The position numbers were made by a program, and so were the translations under genes. This document shows positions 26,505 through 38,794 of a stretch of 64,000 bases of DNA, piece by piece; the stretch's first letter is position 1; the number at the start of each line of letters is the position of its first letter. Source of the DNA: Dicyema japonicum (lineage: Eukaryota; Animalia; Dicyemida); assembly GCA_011109175.1 (NCBI GenBank), contig RDEW01000034.1, forward strand, positions 212,504 to 276,503. Direction: 5' to 3'. The notes beneath the pieces are model-generated. The model saw only the letters and a program-made list of their open reading frames with translations. It did not search any database and was not told the origin of the DNA.

Positions 26505-26830
26505 ACTAACTTGTAGGAGGCCAGTAGCTGTTAACTAGGAAGCAGCAAATGCCGGTCGCTCCCATAGATTGGTTAGTCCTGACATTGTAGACGAACGTTG
26601 TGCTAATTCATGACATTCAAATAGGTGATTTATTGTCAACACGTAGAGTTGCAAAAGGGACAGAGGTCATCATAAGTCGGTGGAGAGTGGTGGTGCCAAC
26701 ATCATAGACGAGTCAGGTTTACCCGGAAGTCCCTCAGGAGAGATAGTTCCGATTGATCTATTGGAGAATGGGGCCAGTATAGTATTTTATTATCATCGAG
26801 TCTTCGGATGCATCTCGTAGGAACAAAATC
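26505..26830 (-). mobile_element. LINE family A 3' fragment (duplicated at ~29450-29780)
   Basis: Reverse complement of the 1830-2185 element, including the 3' UTR motif cctacaagttagtgaggc. Confidence 0.8.
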
Positions 26831-27734
26831 GTGTATCTTTTTCAGACGACTCGAGCTCATCGAAGCTGAAAAAGATGATGATAGACCGCCACTTTCCTAC
26901 AACAAAATCAATATATGATAATTTATTAGTTAAAAATTAAATATTTAATTTTTATTCGCTGGTGAATAATTTTATTTTTTATTAATTTTTTGAATTATAA
27001 TATATTGATTTTGTTGCAGGAAAGCGGCGATCATCAACTAAGTACCTAATGGGTGCTTATATCAAAAATCGCAAATTTGGTATTTTCATAATGAGAATTA
27101 TAGTTCATTGCTGAGAGATATTCTAGTTGGCGCACTCCAGTATGAATAGGTCGTCTTCCCATCTATAAATTTTTTCCTGTGACTAGTAAGTTAGACTTTA
27201 AGAAATTTGCGAATTTTATGGGCCGAATTAATCACCAATGAAGATGGATCCTTGAGTTAGAGCTTATCTATAACGACTATCTGATGCACTAAGAAATCCA
27301 CTAGGAGATCCATATTGTAACCGACCTCAGACTTTCCACAAAGATGTCTATGAGGTATTACTTCAAATAGTTTAGGTCGAAAAATGGTGTCACAAAAAAG
27401 TAAACCTTTCTAGTCTTCTCTGAGGGCAGTATAGTCTACCTACAACTTATATTATTTAATACGACCAGCACAAATCCAATCAACTTCAAAGCATTCTCCT
27501 AAATAAGAGAATAAAGGTCCAAGTCCATAAATATCGATTTGTATGAACCACCAAGGATCATAGTGGAGATGTTCGTAGTGATCAACAAAAGCGTTGTTAT
27601 TCGTTAAATGTATTCAGCTTAGCGAATCAAAGAAGAATGTTTCTAAAATAAGAATCCAGGTGACCAAAGTTTACACGGGGTGGTATTTGTACAGTTGGAG
27701 ACTAATTCGTAGACGTATAGAGTAGTAAGCATCC

Positions 27735-28900
27735 ACGTAGCATAGTGGTTAGGTGTCGGGCTAAAGTGGCTTGATTCTCGCTGCTGTTCACCTGGTGGAA
27801 GGTTCCACGCATTTACGATGCCAAAATGGTTTGACGAGTGACGCCGTCATCAGTGGATACTCACTGTGGAACTGGATTGTCTAGAAAAAACCCACACACA
27901 AGAAAAAGAAAAAAAAGTGAAGATCATTCCTTGGTTCTACGATTAGTTAAAATTAACTGTTTTTTACTTGAAAGGCAATACAGCCGACAGATTTGTCACT
28001 TTAAGGAATACATCTTAACTAGGATAGATGTGGAATGTGACTCTTCCTTGCTAATCGAGTTGATCCGTTTCATGAATTTTAGTGGTCATTCGATCAGTAA
28101 TGGGGTGGATTATTTAAAAGATATTTGCAATTTTAATTGTGTTTCTGTGATCCAAGAAGTCCTCTCAGTAGCTATGCGATAAAATTGCTTTCAAAACTCT
28201 AAAACATAAATTTCCTTCACGTGGTCGAAGGACATGAATTGGGTTACAACCTTGGCATCGTACACGTGGATGAAATCATAGCTGTCTGGTGAGATGTATA
28301 ATTATAGGACGTGAGCTATTTGTATTATTCAGTAATTTTAAACTTTCAAACTGCTCGCGGATGAAGAAAACGGAAATGCATAGGAAATCGATATGTAGGA
28401 AATGCGATGTCGAGGATGGAAAAGATTGAGAAGATTGCGACTGTGGGACTCCTTCGGAATGTAAATCTATTTGTTGTAACCCACAAACGTGCAAATTCTA
28501 TTACCGGAGTGAATGTGCGGAGAGGAACATGAAATAGTGGTTTGGCAAAATATTGCAAATTTTCAACAGTAAAGTATATTGACACTGTTAATCTGGCAAA
28601 ATGTACCAAAATTGTGCAAAAATAGGAATAGTGAGACTGAGGACAGTGGAGATTACTTCAGTCATTGTCAGACCTTTCATTAATATTAAGCAGTTGAGAA
28701 TATATCATTTGCTGTTATGTTGATCATAACAGTTCTCCTTCCGTTTTGTTATATGCTCGTTCTTCCTGGAAGTAAGTACAATATAATGTCCTTTTTACAA
28801 ATATCCTCTTATCGTGTAAAAATTAATATTTTTAGCGGAAAAAACGAATTTTTTAAGTTTATGATTGAAAAAGACAAAAATGGGAAACTCGGCATCAATC
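27735..28900 (+). mobile_element. CR1/L2-like LINE 5' half (APE) with tRNA-like head (duplicated at ~30693-31860)
   Basis: A-box-like tagcatagtgg at 27738, degenerate B-box ggcttgattct at 27768, K-rich stretch, then LRLVKINC and NGVDYLKD (GGGVxxYIK-like). Confidence 0.45.
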
Positions 28901-29174
28901 CCTAATTTTTGGTGACAAACAAAATTTAAAACATGCTCTATGTTATTCAAAGTGTAAAAAAAATTAAATTTTTTATTTAAATTAAATATTTTATTATATT
29001 TCTAATTGAAGGAATAGGTTGGAAATCGTTTCATTTCCTAAAGAAACTTGGACGCCTAGTTACACTAAAAATCCACGACGATCGTGAAACCCGGTGGTTT
29101 CTCCAGCTGATCTCTGTTGAAATCGTGAGAGGCAAAGCAACGTTGATAATATCGATGCAACGTTGATAATATCT

Positions 29175-32105
29175 ATCTAAGTCCTCTCCCTAAGTCGGCT
29201 CACAATCTTGAAGGTTTTCGTTCAGGACCCTCGGGAAAGTGATTTTTAGTCGTCCAAGAATCGGGGAAAACAACTCCCCCATGGCCACTCAAGGAACTTA
29301 ACATATGTTTAAAGAACCTAAGCATTAAATTATAAAATACCCGTTAAAAAAGTTCATAGTAAATCGGAAAATGCTCTCCAATAATATCAGTGTCTACGCC
29401 AATAACAAATTTTGTGGTTTATATGTAGTGTTATCTCTAATTGATGACCGGCCTCACTAACTTGTAAGAGGTCAGTAGCTGTTAACTAGGACGCAGCAAA
29501 TGCCAGTCGCTCCCATAGATTGGTTAGTCCTGACATTGTAGACGAACGTTGTGCTAATTCATGACATTCAAATAGGTCATTTGTTGTCAACACATAGAGG
29601 TTGCAAAAGGGACAGAGATCATCATAAGTCGGTGGAGAGTGGTGGTGCCAACATCATAGACGAGTCAGGTTTACCAGAAAGTCCCTCAGGAGAAATAGTT
29701 CCGATTGATCTATTGGAGAATGGGGCCAGTATAGTATTTTATTATCATCGAGTCTTCGGATGCATCCCGTAGGAACAAAATCGTGTATCTTTTTCAGACA
29801 ACTCCGGTCATTAAGTCTGGAAAAGATGGATGATAGACCGCCACTTTCCTACAACAAAATCAATATATGATAATTTATTAGTTAAAAATTAAATATTTAA
29901 TTTTTATTCGCTTGTGAATAATTTTATTTTTTATTAATTTTTAAATTATCATATATTGATTTTGTTGCAGGAAAGCGGCGATCATCAACTAAGTACCTAA
30001 TGGGTGCTTATATCAAAAATCGCAAATTTGGTATTTTCATAATGAGAATTATAGTTCATTGCTGAGAGATATTCTAGTTGGCGCACTCCAGTATGAAGAG
30101 GTCGTCTTCCCATCTATAAATTTTTTCCTGTGACTAGTATGTTAGACTTTAAGAAATTTGCGAATTTTATGGGCCGAATTAACTTAAGGCTCACCAATGA
30201 GGATGGATCCTTGAGTTAGAGCTTATCTATAACGACTATTTGATGCACTAAGAAATCCACTAGGAGATCCATATTGTAACCGACCTCAGACTTTCCACAA
30301 GGATATCTATGAGGTATTACTTTAAATAGTTTAGGTAGAAAAATGGTGTCACAAAAAAGTAGACCTTTCTGGTCCTTTCTGAGGGGAGTATAGTCTACCT
30401 ACAATTTATATTATTTAATACGACCAGCACAAATCCAATCAACTTCAAAGCATTCTCCTAAATAAGAGAATTAAAGGGCCAAGACCATAAATATCGATTT
30501 GTATGAACCACCAAGGATCATAGTGGAGATGTTCGTATTGATCAACAAAAACGCTGTTATTCGTTAAATGCATTCAGCTTAGCGAATCAAACAAGAATAT
30601 TTCTAAAATAGAATCTAGGTGACCTAAGTTTACACGGGTGGTATTTGAAACAGTTGGAGAGTAATTCGTAGACGTCTAGAGTAGTAAGCATCCAAGTAGC
30701 ATAGTGGTTAGGTGTCGGGCTAAAGTGGCTTGATTCTCGCTGCTGTTCACCTGGTGGAAGGTTCCACGCATTTACGATGCCAAAATGGTTTGACGAGTGA
30801 CGCCGTCATCAGTGGATACTCACTGTGGAACTGGATTGTCTAGAAAAAACCCACACACAAGAAAAAGAAAAAAAAAGTGAAGATCATTCCTTGGTTTCTA
30901 CGATTAGTTAAAATTAACTGTTTTTTACTTGAAAGGCAATACAACCGACAGATTTGTCACTTTAAGGAATACATCTTAACTAGGATTGATGTGAACGTGA
31001 CTCTTCCTTGCTAATCGAGTTGATCCGTTTCATGAATTTTAGTGGTCACTCGATCAGTAATGGAGTGGACTATTTAAAAGATCTTTGCAATCCTAATTGT
31101 GTTTGTGTGATCCAAGAAGTTTTCTCAGTAGCGATAAGATAAAATTGCTTTCAGGACTCAAAAACATAAATTTCCTTCACGTGGTCGAAGAACATGAACT
31201 GGGTCACAACCTTGGCCTCGTACATGTGGATGAAATCATAGCTGTCTGGTGAGATGTATAATTATAACGTGAGCTCTTTGTATTATTCAGCAACTTTAAA
31301 CTTTCAAACTGTTCGATAAAGGTCCAGCCGAGGAAGAGACGGAAATGCATAGGAAATCGATATGTGGGAAATGCGAGGATGGAAAAGATGAGAAGATTGC
31401 GACTCGAAACTCCTTCGGAATGTAAATCTATTTGTTGTAACCCACGAACGTGCAAATTCTATTACCGGAGTGAATGTGCGGAGAGGAACATGGGATAGTG
31501 GTTTGGCAAAATATTACAGATTTTCAACAGTAAAGTATATTGCCACTGTTAATCTGGCAAAAAGTACCAAAATTGTGCAAAAATGAGAATGTGAGACTGA
31601 GGACAGTGTAGATTACCTCAGTCATGTTAGACCGTTTATTAATATTAGCAGTTAAGAAGATATCATTTGCTGTTATGTTGATCATAACAGTTCTCCTTCC
31701 GTTGTTATATGCTCGTTCTGCCTGGGAAGTAGGTACAATAAATAAATTTTTTACAATATCCCTTTCGTGTAAAAATCAATATTTTCTGTGGAAAAACGAA
31801 ATTTTTAAATTTGTGATTGAAAAAGACAAAAGTGGGAAACTAGCATCAATCCCCGATTTTCGGTAATAAACAAAATTAAAAACATGCTCTATGTTATTCA
31901 AAGTGTAAAAAAATTAAGTTTTTATTTAAAATTAAATATTTTATTATAAATTCTAATTGGAGGAATAAGTTGAAATCGTTTCGCTTCCTAAAGAAACTTG
32001 GACGCCTAGTTACACTAAAAATCCACGACGAACGTGAGACCCGATGGCTTCTCCAGCTGATCTCTGTTGCAATCGTGAGAGGCAAAGCAACGTTGATAGT
32101 GTCGA
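29175..32105. repeat. Tandem segmental duplication, copy 2
   Basis: Same start and end as 26224-29154 with scattered substitutions and small indels; 20-bp micro-duplication (gcaacgttgataatatc.at) at the junction. Confidence 0.95.
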
Positions 32106-32129
32106 TCGGGACCATTATACAATCGAGAA

Positions 32130-33220
32130 CTCAGGCTAATGACGTTCAACGTAAGTGGAATATCGAAAGATTGGACAAGGAAAGTACTTGTGACGATCTC
32201 AAGAAATACAAAATATCTATTGGCTGCCTACAAGAGACGAAAATCTTAAATGAAACAACTACCGACTGATTCTCTTCCCGACTGAATGCAAGCACTCCGG
32301 CATGGAATTTGCCCTACACGTGGATTACCTCAAAAAACTACAACGCTATTGGAGAGTCAACGACCGAATATGTGTCCTACAAGTCGAACTAAATGATTTA
32401 TTCCCGTCCAAGAGTCTATTAACTGTCATAAATGTCTATGCACCACACTGTGGACGAGTAATCCATAACCCTGGTGATCTCGATGAAATCTACTCAGAAC
32501 TATCAAGTACATACTCTAATGATGCTTCTCGTCCCTTATCTTTGTTGCGGGAGATATGAATGTAAAGGCCGGAATGCGAATGGGACCCGAAGAATCCTCT
32601 ATTGGAAGACACGGGCGTGGAAGGAGAAATGCATCTGGAGCCTCTCTGGTGAACTTCTGGGAGGCAAATAGCCTATTCCTGTGCAACACGGCCTTCACGC
32701 ACTCAGTTCGCCACAAGACGACATGGCACGGACAAAAAAAAGACTCTGTCGGGGATATCGTGAATATATAATCAAATCGACTGCATTATCTGCCGAAAGT
32801 CTGATAAACACCGGCTAGATGATGCACGTTCCTACCAGGGGTTTAATAATAATATAACCAGGCTAATTTTATTTCGTATCATAGAGACAAAAAAAACTGA
32901 GTGGACTGGATGTCATATACAAACAGTTCATTAAGTCTACAATGGAACACGAATTTAATGTCTGTGGATCTAACCTTGCTGCAACGAGTTTGGACAAGAT
33001 CTAAAAAATTCAGGTAAAGACAGCAAACCTACTAAGGAAATCTTCCCATGTGGGAAATCCTGCACAGAAACTTTGAAAATACAATAGACGCGACTGGAAC
33101 AGTGCCCCTGCGAAGGACTCGATTATGCGGACTCCGTCCATATCGGAAATGCGTAGAAAGCAGTCGAACACGAGAAAAGATGCAAAGACTGTTGAGGAGG
33201 CCGAAATCACTTGAATTTTG
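32130..33220 (+). mobile_element. RTE LINE APE endonuclease region
   Basis: WNIERL, CLQETK, INVYAPH, GDMNVKAG-like, IGRHGRGRRNASGASLVNF..LCNTAFTH..HKTTW. Confidence 0.8.
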
Positions 33221-33299
33221 TTCCAATACACAGTTTCAAAATACAGTTTTAATACACATAACTCCTTTTTCAAAAAAAAATTTTTCAACATAAAATATC

Positions 33300-34070
33300 A
33301 TATTTTTCATTAATAATATAATTTTTACAAATAAAAAAAATTGAATAATTGATAAAGTAAACATCGAAAAATCAAATAGTGGAGAATAACTCACATTTAT
33401 TGGTAACCAAAACTATTTATATTTGACATTTTGATAACAGCCTTCAACACCATTTGATGAATCAAATAATATTTAATAATTGACAAAGTAAAACGAGTAA
33501 ATTTAAATAATATTGAAGAAAATGTATGACAATACAACAGAAAAACACAAGAAAACAAAGATAAAACAAGAAAACAAACACCAACCACAGAAACGTGGCA
33601 ATTACAAGCCAAATAAAATACTAATGTACTAAAAGGTTCGCCATATTGTAACAATTTTTAATAATAAATTTTAAATTAATATAAATTTGTCTAAATTTGT
33701 CAAAACTGACTTTAATTAATGAATTTAACTATAGTTGTGGAAAAGAACATGGGTTATTATTAATAATTGATGCACATTGCCTTTTGTAGGATTGTGACGT
33801 GGCCGGAAAACGGAATTCATGGATTCCTTTCACAGAGAACAGCTTCATCATATCCTTTCCTCCTCCCGGAACCACCACAGACTGCCGATCGACATTCTTT
33901 AAAAGAGATCGAGGAGCATATCGATTTATCGCGAGATCCTAGAGGCGAGATGGAGGCTGTTTAGACATACACTTTGTCTGGACCTGAGGACCCACTCAAA
34001 CGTATTTGGAGGATTACTTGTAGTGGACGCTCCGCTTTTTTGAGGTCGAACTAAGACAACTTTACCGACC
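33300..34070 (+). repeat. Composite repeat C (AT/AC-rich block + RTE 3' remnant), copy 1
   Basis: Colinear with 41261-42180; RTE part (EARWRLF..GRTKTTLPTILDE) also present at 44110-44340. Confidence 0.85.
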
Positions 34071-35258
34071 ATCCTTGATGAAGTCGGGACATAAAGAACT
34101 AATCTGGCAGAGTGGTAGTAACCTTTTGCTATTGATGAATTAACAATTTATTAAGAGAAAGTCATCAGAAACTGTAGACAGCACATTTGAATATCATCTG
34201 AGATTGTAAAACGAACTCCTGATAATGTTTATCGACCAGAGAATGCTAGAGACTGTTTTTCAATGTCACGGCTTCTCTGAAGAGGAATTCCTAACCAATC
34301 GACTTTGTTTTGCTTTGGAAAAGGACAGACTAAGCGAATCTTCCTCCATTATGACCCGAAGGACTACGGTCGCAAACTAAAAAGGGAATATCGCAGTGAT
34401 TGATATTATTATTTTTGTTAACAATGTCATTTATAATAAATTTGTAAATTTAAATTTAAAATTTGTTATAGTGGGTCTTAGATTTCACGTGAAACTATGT
34501 TCAACAATTTTAAATTAACTGCATGTGAGATTAAACGTTAAGTTTCAGGCCGAAAATAGACATGGGACATCAAACAAGTCAGAGAAATCAGTGAGGTCAT
34601 ATTCAGAATCTAAAATGATGATTATTTTACGATCCCTAAAATCGACGCATTGTAAATTAAACTGACGACTCCGATGTGTGATAGGTATTTGGCCTTCTGA
34701 TTATCATTCTGCGAATAGATCTCAGCTTTTGACAGTCAGGACTATACAGAAGACGAAGAATTCTGAATAACCAGGTAATAACGTTTAACATGATATTGAG
34801 AAGGTAACTCTTAATTTTATTTATTTCTGAAGCACTGAAAATAGAGTTAACATTTTGATTGAAAAACCAGGACCCTCCACTTCACAAATGTTAGGGGGAT
34901 AGCAAATGATTCAGTAAGTGGCACCCATATATTACTGCTTGCATGATGTTTTTCTGGAACAAAGATTAGGAAGGGAAATGTCGATCATGTAATCAGGGGG
35001 AATCGAACCGACGGATTATTGTTAGTGGTGACGTTAACCAATTTGTGGAAAGACATAATAGTGAGAATATGAGAGTTAGAAAGACACCAAACAGTCCGTT
35101 AACGAAAGCCATGATATATCCATGTTACTATTAAGTAATGATACAAACTGTAGATTTCGATCTCCCAGAAAATATATATTTTCGAATCCATGTTTCGCTG
35201 AAAGAGGAGTCGCTCTCTATTATTATTGAATGGAATGATACAAATTGAAAGTTTGTGA

Positions 35259-35330
35259 GTTAATAGTTGGTTAGTTAATTAGTTAGTTGCCACGAGCTCG
35301 TTACCTTGTAGGAAGCTGGACGTGTGGAGG
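35259..35330 (-). mobile_element. LINE family A-type 3' UTR and degenerate (TAAC)n tail
   Basis: Minus strand: cctacaaggtaacgagctcgtggcaactaactaattaactaacc. Confidence 0.55.
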
Positions 35331-35639
35331 TGATATTTATTTATTTCCTCCCTGTCCCTTCGAGTTGAAGAAATCGGTTTCAATCAAAAACGTCATAGTC
35401 ATATTATATGGGGCTTCTCAGCTACAAGAGAAGAAACTCCTCGTCTCCGTTCTTATTGTGACTGTGCATGAGGATTCAGGATACACGTTAAAATCTTCCA
35501 TTAACTTAAACCATATTCTCGATAATATCTTTAACGTCGATTAAAAGAAATATCGAGAATTTCTACCAATCTGGCCAACCAACTAGCTTACCAGCCAATT
35601 GGCCGTTCTACTTTATAATAATTATTATCTCAACTATAT

Positions 35640-36120
35640 TTAAGTCAGCCTAGAAAATTAAATATACCATGTTCTCACAGGGAAATTGATCCAGCGAGTA
35701 AACAAGTTAAAGATCTTATAAGGGATTACTTGGATAGCTTCGCCAGAAAGATACACTAAACCTTCACATCAGAAGAATTTTATCAAAATAAATTAACTAT
35801 GGACAAAAATAAGAAGATGCTTAGATCTACAGGCCCACTGGGGCTAAATGCATACATCTGTATCTGTCTCTTAAATATGGAATTAATAAGATTAGGAGAC
35901 TCAAGACACACTCCGTGAAGTCTATTGTTGCGAGCGAGTCAGTGGAGATTAGAGTGGATACAACAGTAGCCAAGGATACAAAGGTACAGAATAGCAAACC
36001 AGATATTTTTGTGTTTGATAAAAGGAGAGACATCACGCTGGTCGATAGGAATCACCTTTCAACACGCATTAAAACAAGTAGAAGAAGTAGAAAAGCTGCA
36101 AAAATCTGACCACAAGCATA
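35640..36120 (+). mobile_element. R4/Dong-like non-LTR retrotransposon RLE region
   Basis: EIRVDTTVAKDTKVQNSKPDIFVFDKRR (PD motif of the RLE). Confidence 0.65.
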
Positions 36121-36866
36121 TATTCAGACAATTGTGATTAAGAAGACTTTTTAAGCAGAAGAGGGTAGAGCATAAATACGGGTTAGTCACAGCAGAAGGC
36201 TTGTGGGAAACTATTATCGACATTGGAATGATTGACAAAGGACATGAAATTACTTGAAAACTAAAATGATGAAATTGAGGAAAGGGAAGCTCACCGGCCC
36301 AAACTATTTACTCTAAGTGTGGATGAGCCTGGCTCTTTAAGAGGAGTCGAATTACTTGAGGCAGACTTTATCAGTTGTAAGTCTGGTCTACTCAAATGAG
36401 TCGTGGTCAATGGCCATTTCCAACTTCTCTCTCCAGAAGCTGTCCGTAATCCAAGAAGTTGCCAAAAGAGTCATTGGCCGCAACTTTGTGTTCGCCACTT
36501 GGAAGCAGTTTTTATTGGACGACAACGGTAGTTGGTGAAGGCAGCTACTCAGCCTAACAACTACCTCTACGAAAACATGACCAAATACCTTTAAAGCGAC
36601 CCAAAATACGAGATAACCATATTTCCTTTCTGGAGAACCATCCAGGAATCTCGTCCATTCTTTTCCAATTAATATCAAAAATCAGTACCTCTGACAGATA
36701 TTAAATGCAAATCTCGATTTTGCTCATTCTTATGACTCCAAAATAAGTTCCCTAGGTATATGGCCTGCACCGAAGTTGACTATATATACTCCAGGAATTA
36801 CCTGGATATGCTATTTATTAAAGATTCTCCCAAATCAAAAATTCAAGATCCAAGTCTAGAAAAATC

Positions 36867-36975
36867 GAGATGTTCTTAGTGGTCAGCAAAGCGCTGTTAG
36901 TCGTTAAATTTATTCAGCTGAGAAAATCAAAAAAAATGTTTCTTAAATAAGGATCAAGGTGACCAAAGTTTACAC
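36867..36975 (+). repeat. Dispersed repeat D (also ~27566-27676 and ~30526-30636)
   Basis: gagatgttc.tagtg.tca.caaa.gcg.tgtta.tcgttaaat.tattcagc ... aggtgaccaaagtttacac conserved. Confidence 0.7.
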
Positions 36976-37349
36976 AAGGGTAGTAGGCATATACGTGTAC
37001 AACGCCTCCGATCGAAGTGAGTTATCGTATTTTAGTCATGTTGTCGACGACGTAAGGTCAAGGTGTGGGTTGTCTAATGCTCCGAAGAGGAGCTTATGAA
37101 GGTTTTTAGGTTGATCCTTTAGATTAAATTAATTTTTTGTAATTCATTCAACCCCTTCGCGTTCATTAGCTCACCAACACCAACATACTTAGCAGACAAA
37201 AAGGTCTGATAGTGCCTAATTGTGTTTCTAATGTGGCGTTCTTCCTAGCAGACACGCTATTATGGTGTCGTGCATTCGAACGCTAACTTAGTTGACTACG
37301 TCACTGCCAAATTTTAGCCTTTTCTTATTGCCTGCCTGCACATGGACAT

Positions 37350-38000
37350 AGTTGTATCTTAGTACTCCACGGATCGAGACATCCATCACATCTTTTAGAC
37401 TCGAACTCTGCAACATCTATGTAGTAGTTCATCAGCGAGGTAGCATACTCAATACCATGAAGAACTTCCATGTATTTAGAGATCTTACATACAACGCTGA
37501 CGTTCTACGAATTCTTTCAGTAATGTGCCGCTTTGTCTCAGACATGATAATGGACTTTGGAGATTCTGTAATACCCAGATATTTACATCCTTCGTGTTCC
37601 TCTAGGACTCTTAATATTATAAGCAACAACACAGAATCACATTAGCTATAATTCTATTCGTGATGCTCTTTTATGATCCTCGCTACTAGTCTCTCCCACT
37701 TTTTCCTATTCGATACCATACTTCGAAAACTACTGAGGTCTTCACCGTCTTTAGTGCTTTGTTTACAAATATCAAATCACCATTAAGGACCTCGTGAATC
37801 GAAGTTTCCGTAAAATAAATTCCAATTTAAATTTATTTTCCCACGATTTATTCACATCAATGTTAAACACTTTTTTGAAAGACTGCCTTGAATCCGAATG
37901 AGATATTTTTAACATAACTGATAGTCGTCTCTCTGTAATGCAGTCAGACAAAACTTTGTGGGCTTCATAACCTGGCATGGAGTCTTCCTTAGAAAAGAAA
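37350..38000 (-). mobile_element. R4/Dong-like RT-region fragment
   Basis: GCKYLGITES..KRHITERI..LNTWKFF; similar style to 40430-41130. Confidence 0.5.
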
Positions 38001-38279
38001 TACACTTGAATAGATTTGAGTACATCCCAAAGTCAAAGGCATAAATCTAACATTATCAAAAGAGGTACATATGATTATATTCTTATAGAGTTCAATCACA
38101 TTCTCTAAATCGGCAAATACTTGTATATGATCATAAATGACCCTCGAAATCAGAGTAAAGTTCATTCTGATAATGCAAAGTCTTCCAAATATTAAAAATT
38201 TATACTTCAATGTGCCAGTTAACCGGACAGTAGCCACAACCCTGTACAAGTTCTGTATTGTATTTGTTCCAGAATGGTA

Positions 38280-38701
38280 ATCACTTTAAGATGAGAAGAG
38301 GACTCATGTGAACTGTTCAAGTAAACGGAACATCAAAACTGTAACCATCCAATCTGACGAACTCCTCAAATAGGTGGCTGTAAAGTCTGTATCCAAATTA
38401 TAGTCAAGGAAACAACCTATGCCATGACAGAGGTCAGCAATTTCGACGCAGGAATGTTGGTATCTGTAATTTTGAGTTCGGGTTGTTTATCCCTCAAATT
38501 CCTTGCAAATTGACCTGCTAAGTGACACACACTAAAATAAATCTGAATGATGACAAAAATGTCAAAACGACAGTGGGAAGCCGAAGGGTAGACCAAATAT
38601 GCAGGACCAAGCTGTTTGATTGAATACGTTGAAATTCAGAAGTGTTTTAATAGTCACACAAAGGGATGGAAGATAAACGTATTGTAGATACAATCTTTGA
38701 A
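38280..38701 (-). pseudogene. SAMHD1: SAMHD1-like HD-domain dNTP triphosphohydrolase, N-terminal HD region, decayed
   Basis: FKDCIYNTFIFHP (FNDPIHGHIELHP), IKQLGPAYLVYPSASHCRF (IKQLGGGYYVFPGASHNRF), LAGQFARNLRDKQPELKIT, CVEIADLCHGIG (CVQIAGLCHDLG), YSHLFE; introns 38532-38554 (23 nt) and 38387-38416 (30 nt); frameshifts. Confidence 0.85.
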
Positions 38702-38794
38702 TAACTACTATATAACCCCCAATACTATTTTGTTGTACATTATGTTAATTTTAAATATTCATTAATTATTTTAAAAATTTTTTTTAACAATTAA

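Larger units (their letters stand above)
26224..29154. repeat. Tandem segmental duplication, copy 1 (~2.95 kb unit)
   Basis: Starts atctaagtcctctccctaagtcggctc and is colinear throughout with 29175-32105. Confidence 0.95.

Noticed and set aside
27690-27830. HDV-like self-cleaving ribozyme at LINE 5' ends
   Set aside because: Could not fold the nested double pseudoknot by eye here or at other element starts; needs an RNArobo/Infernal search
34995-35060. Minus-strand tRNA gene (ggttcgattcc B-box)
   Set aside because: No convincing acceptor or anticodon stems; at most a decayed tRNA/SINE remnant
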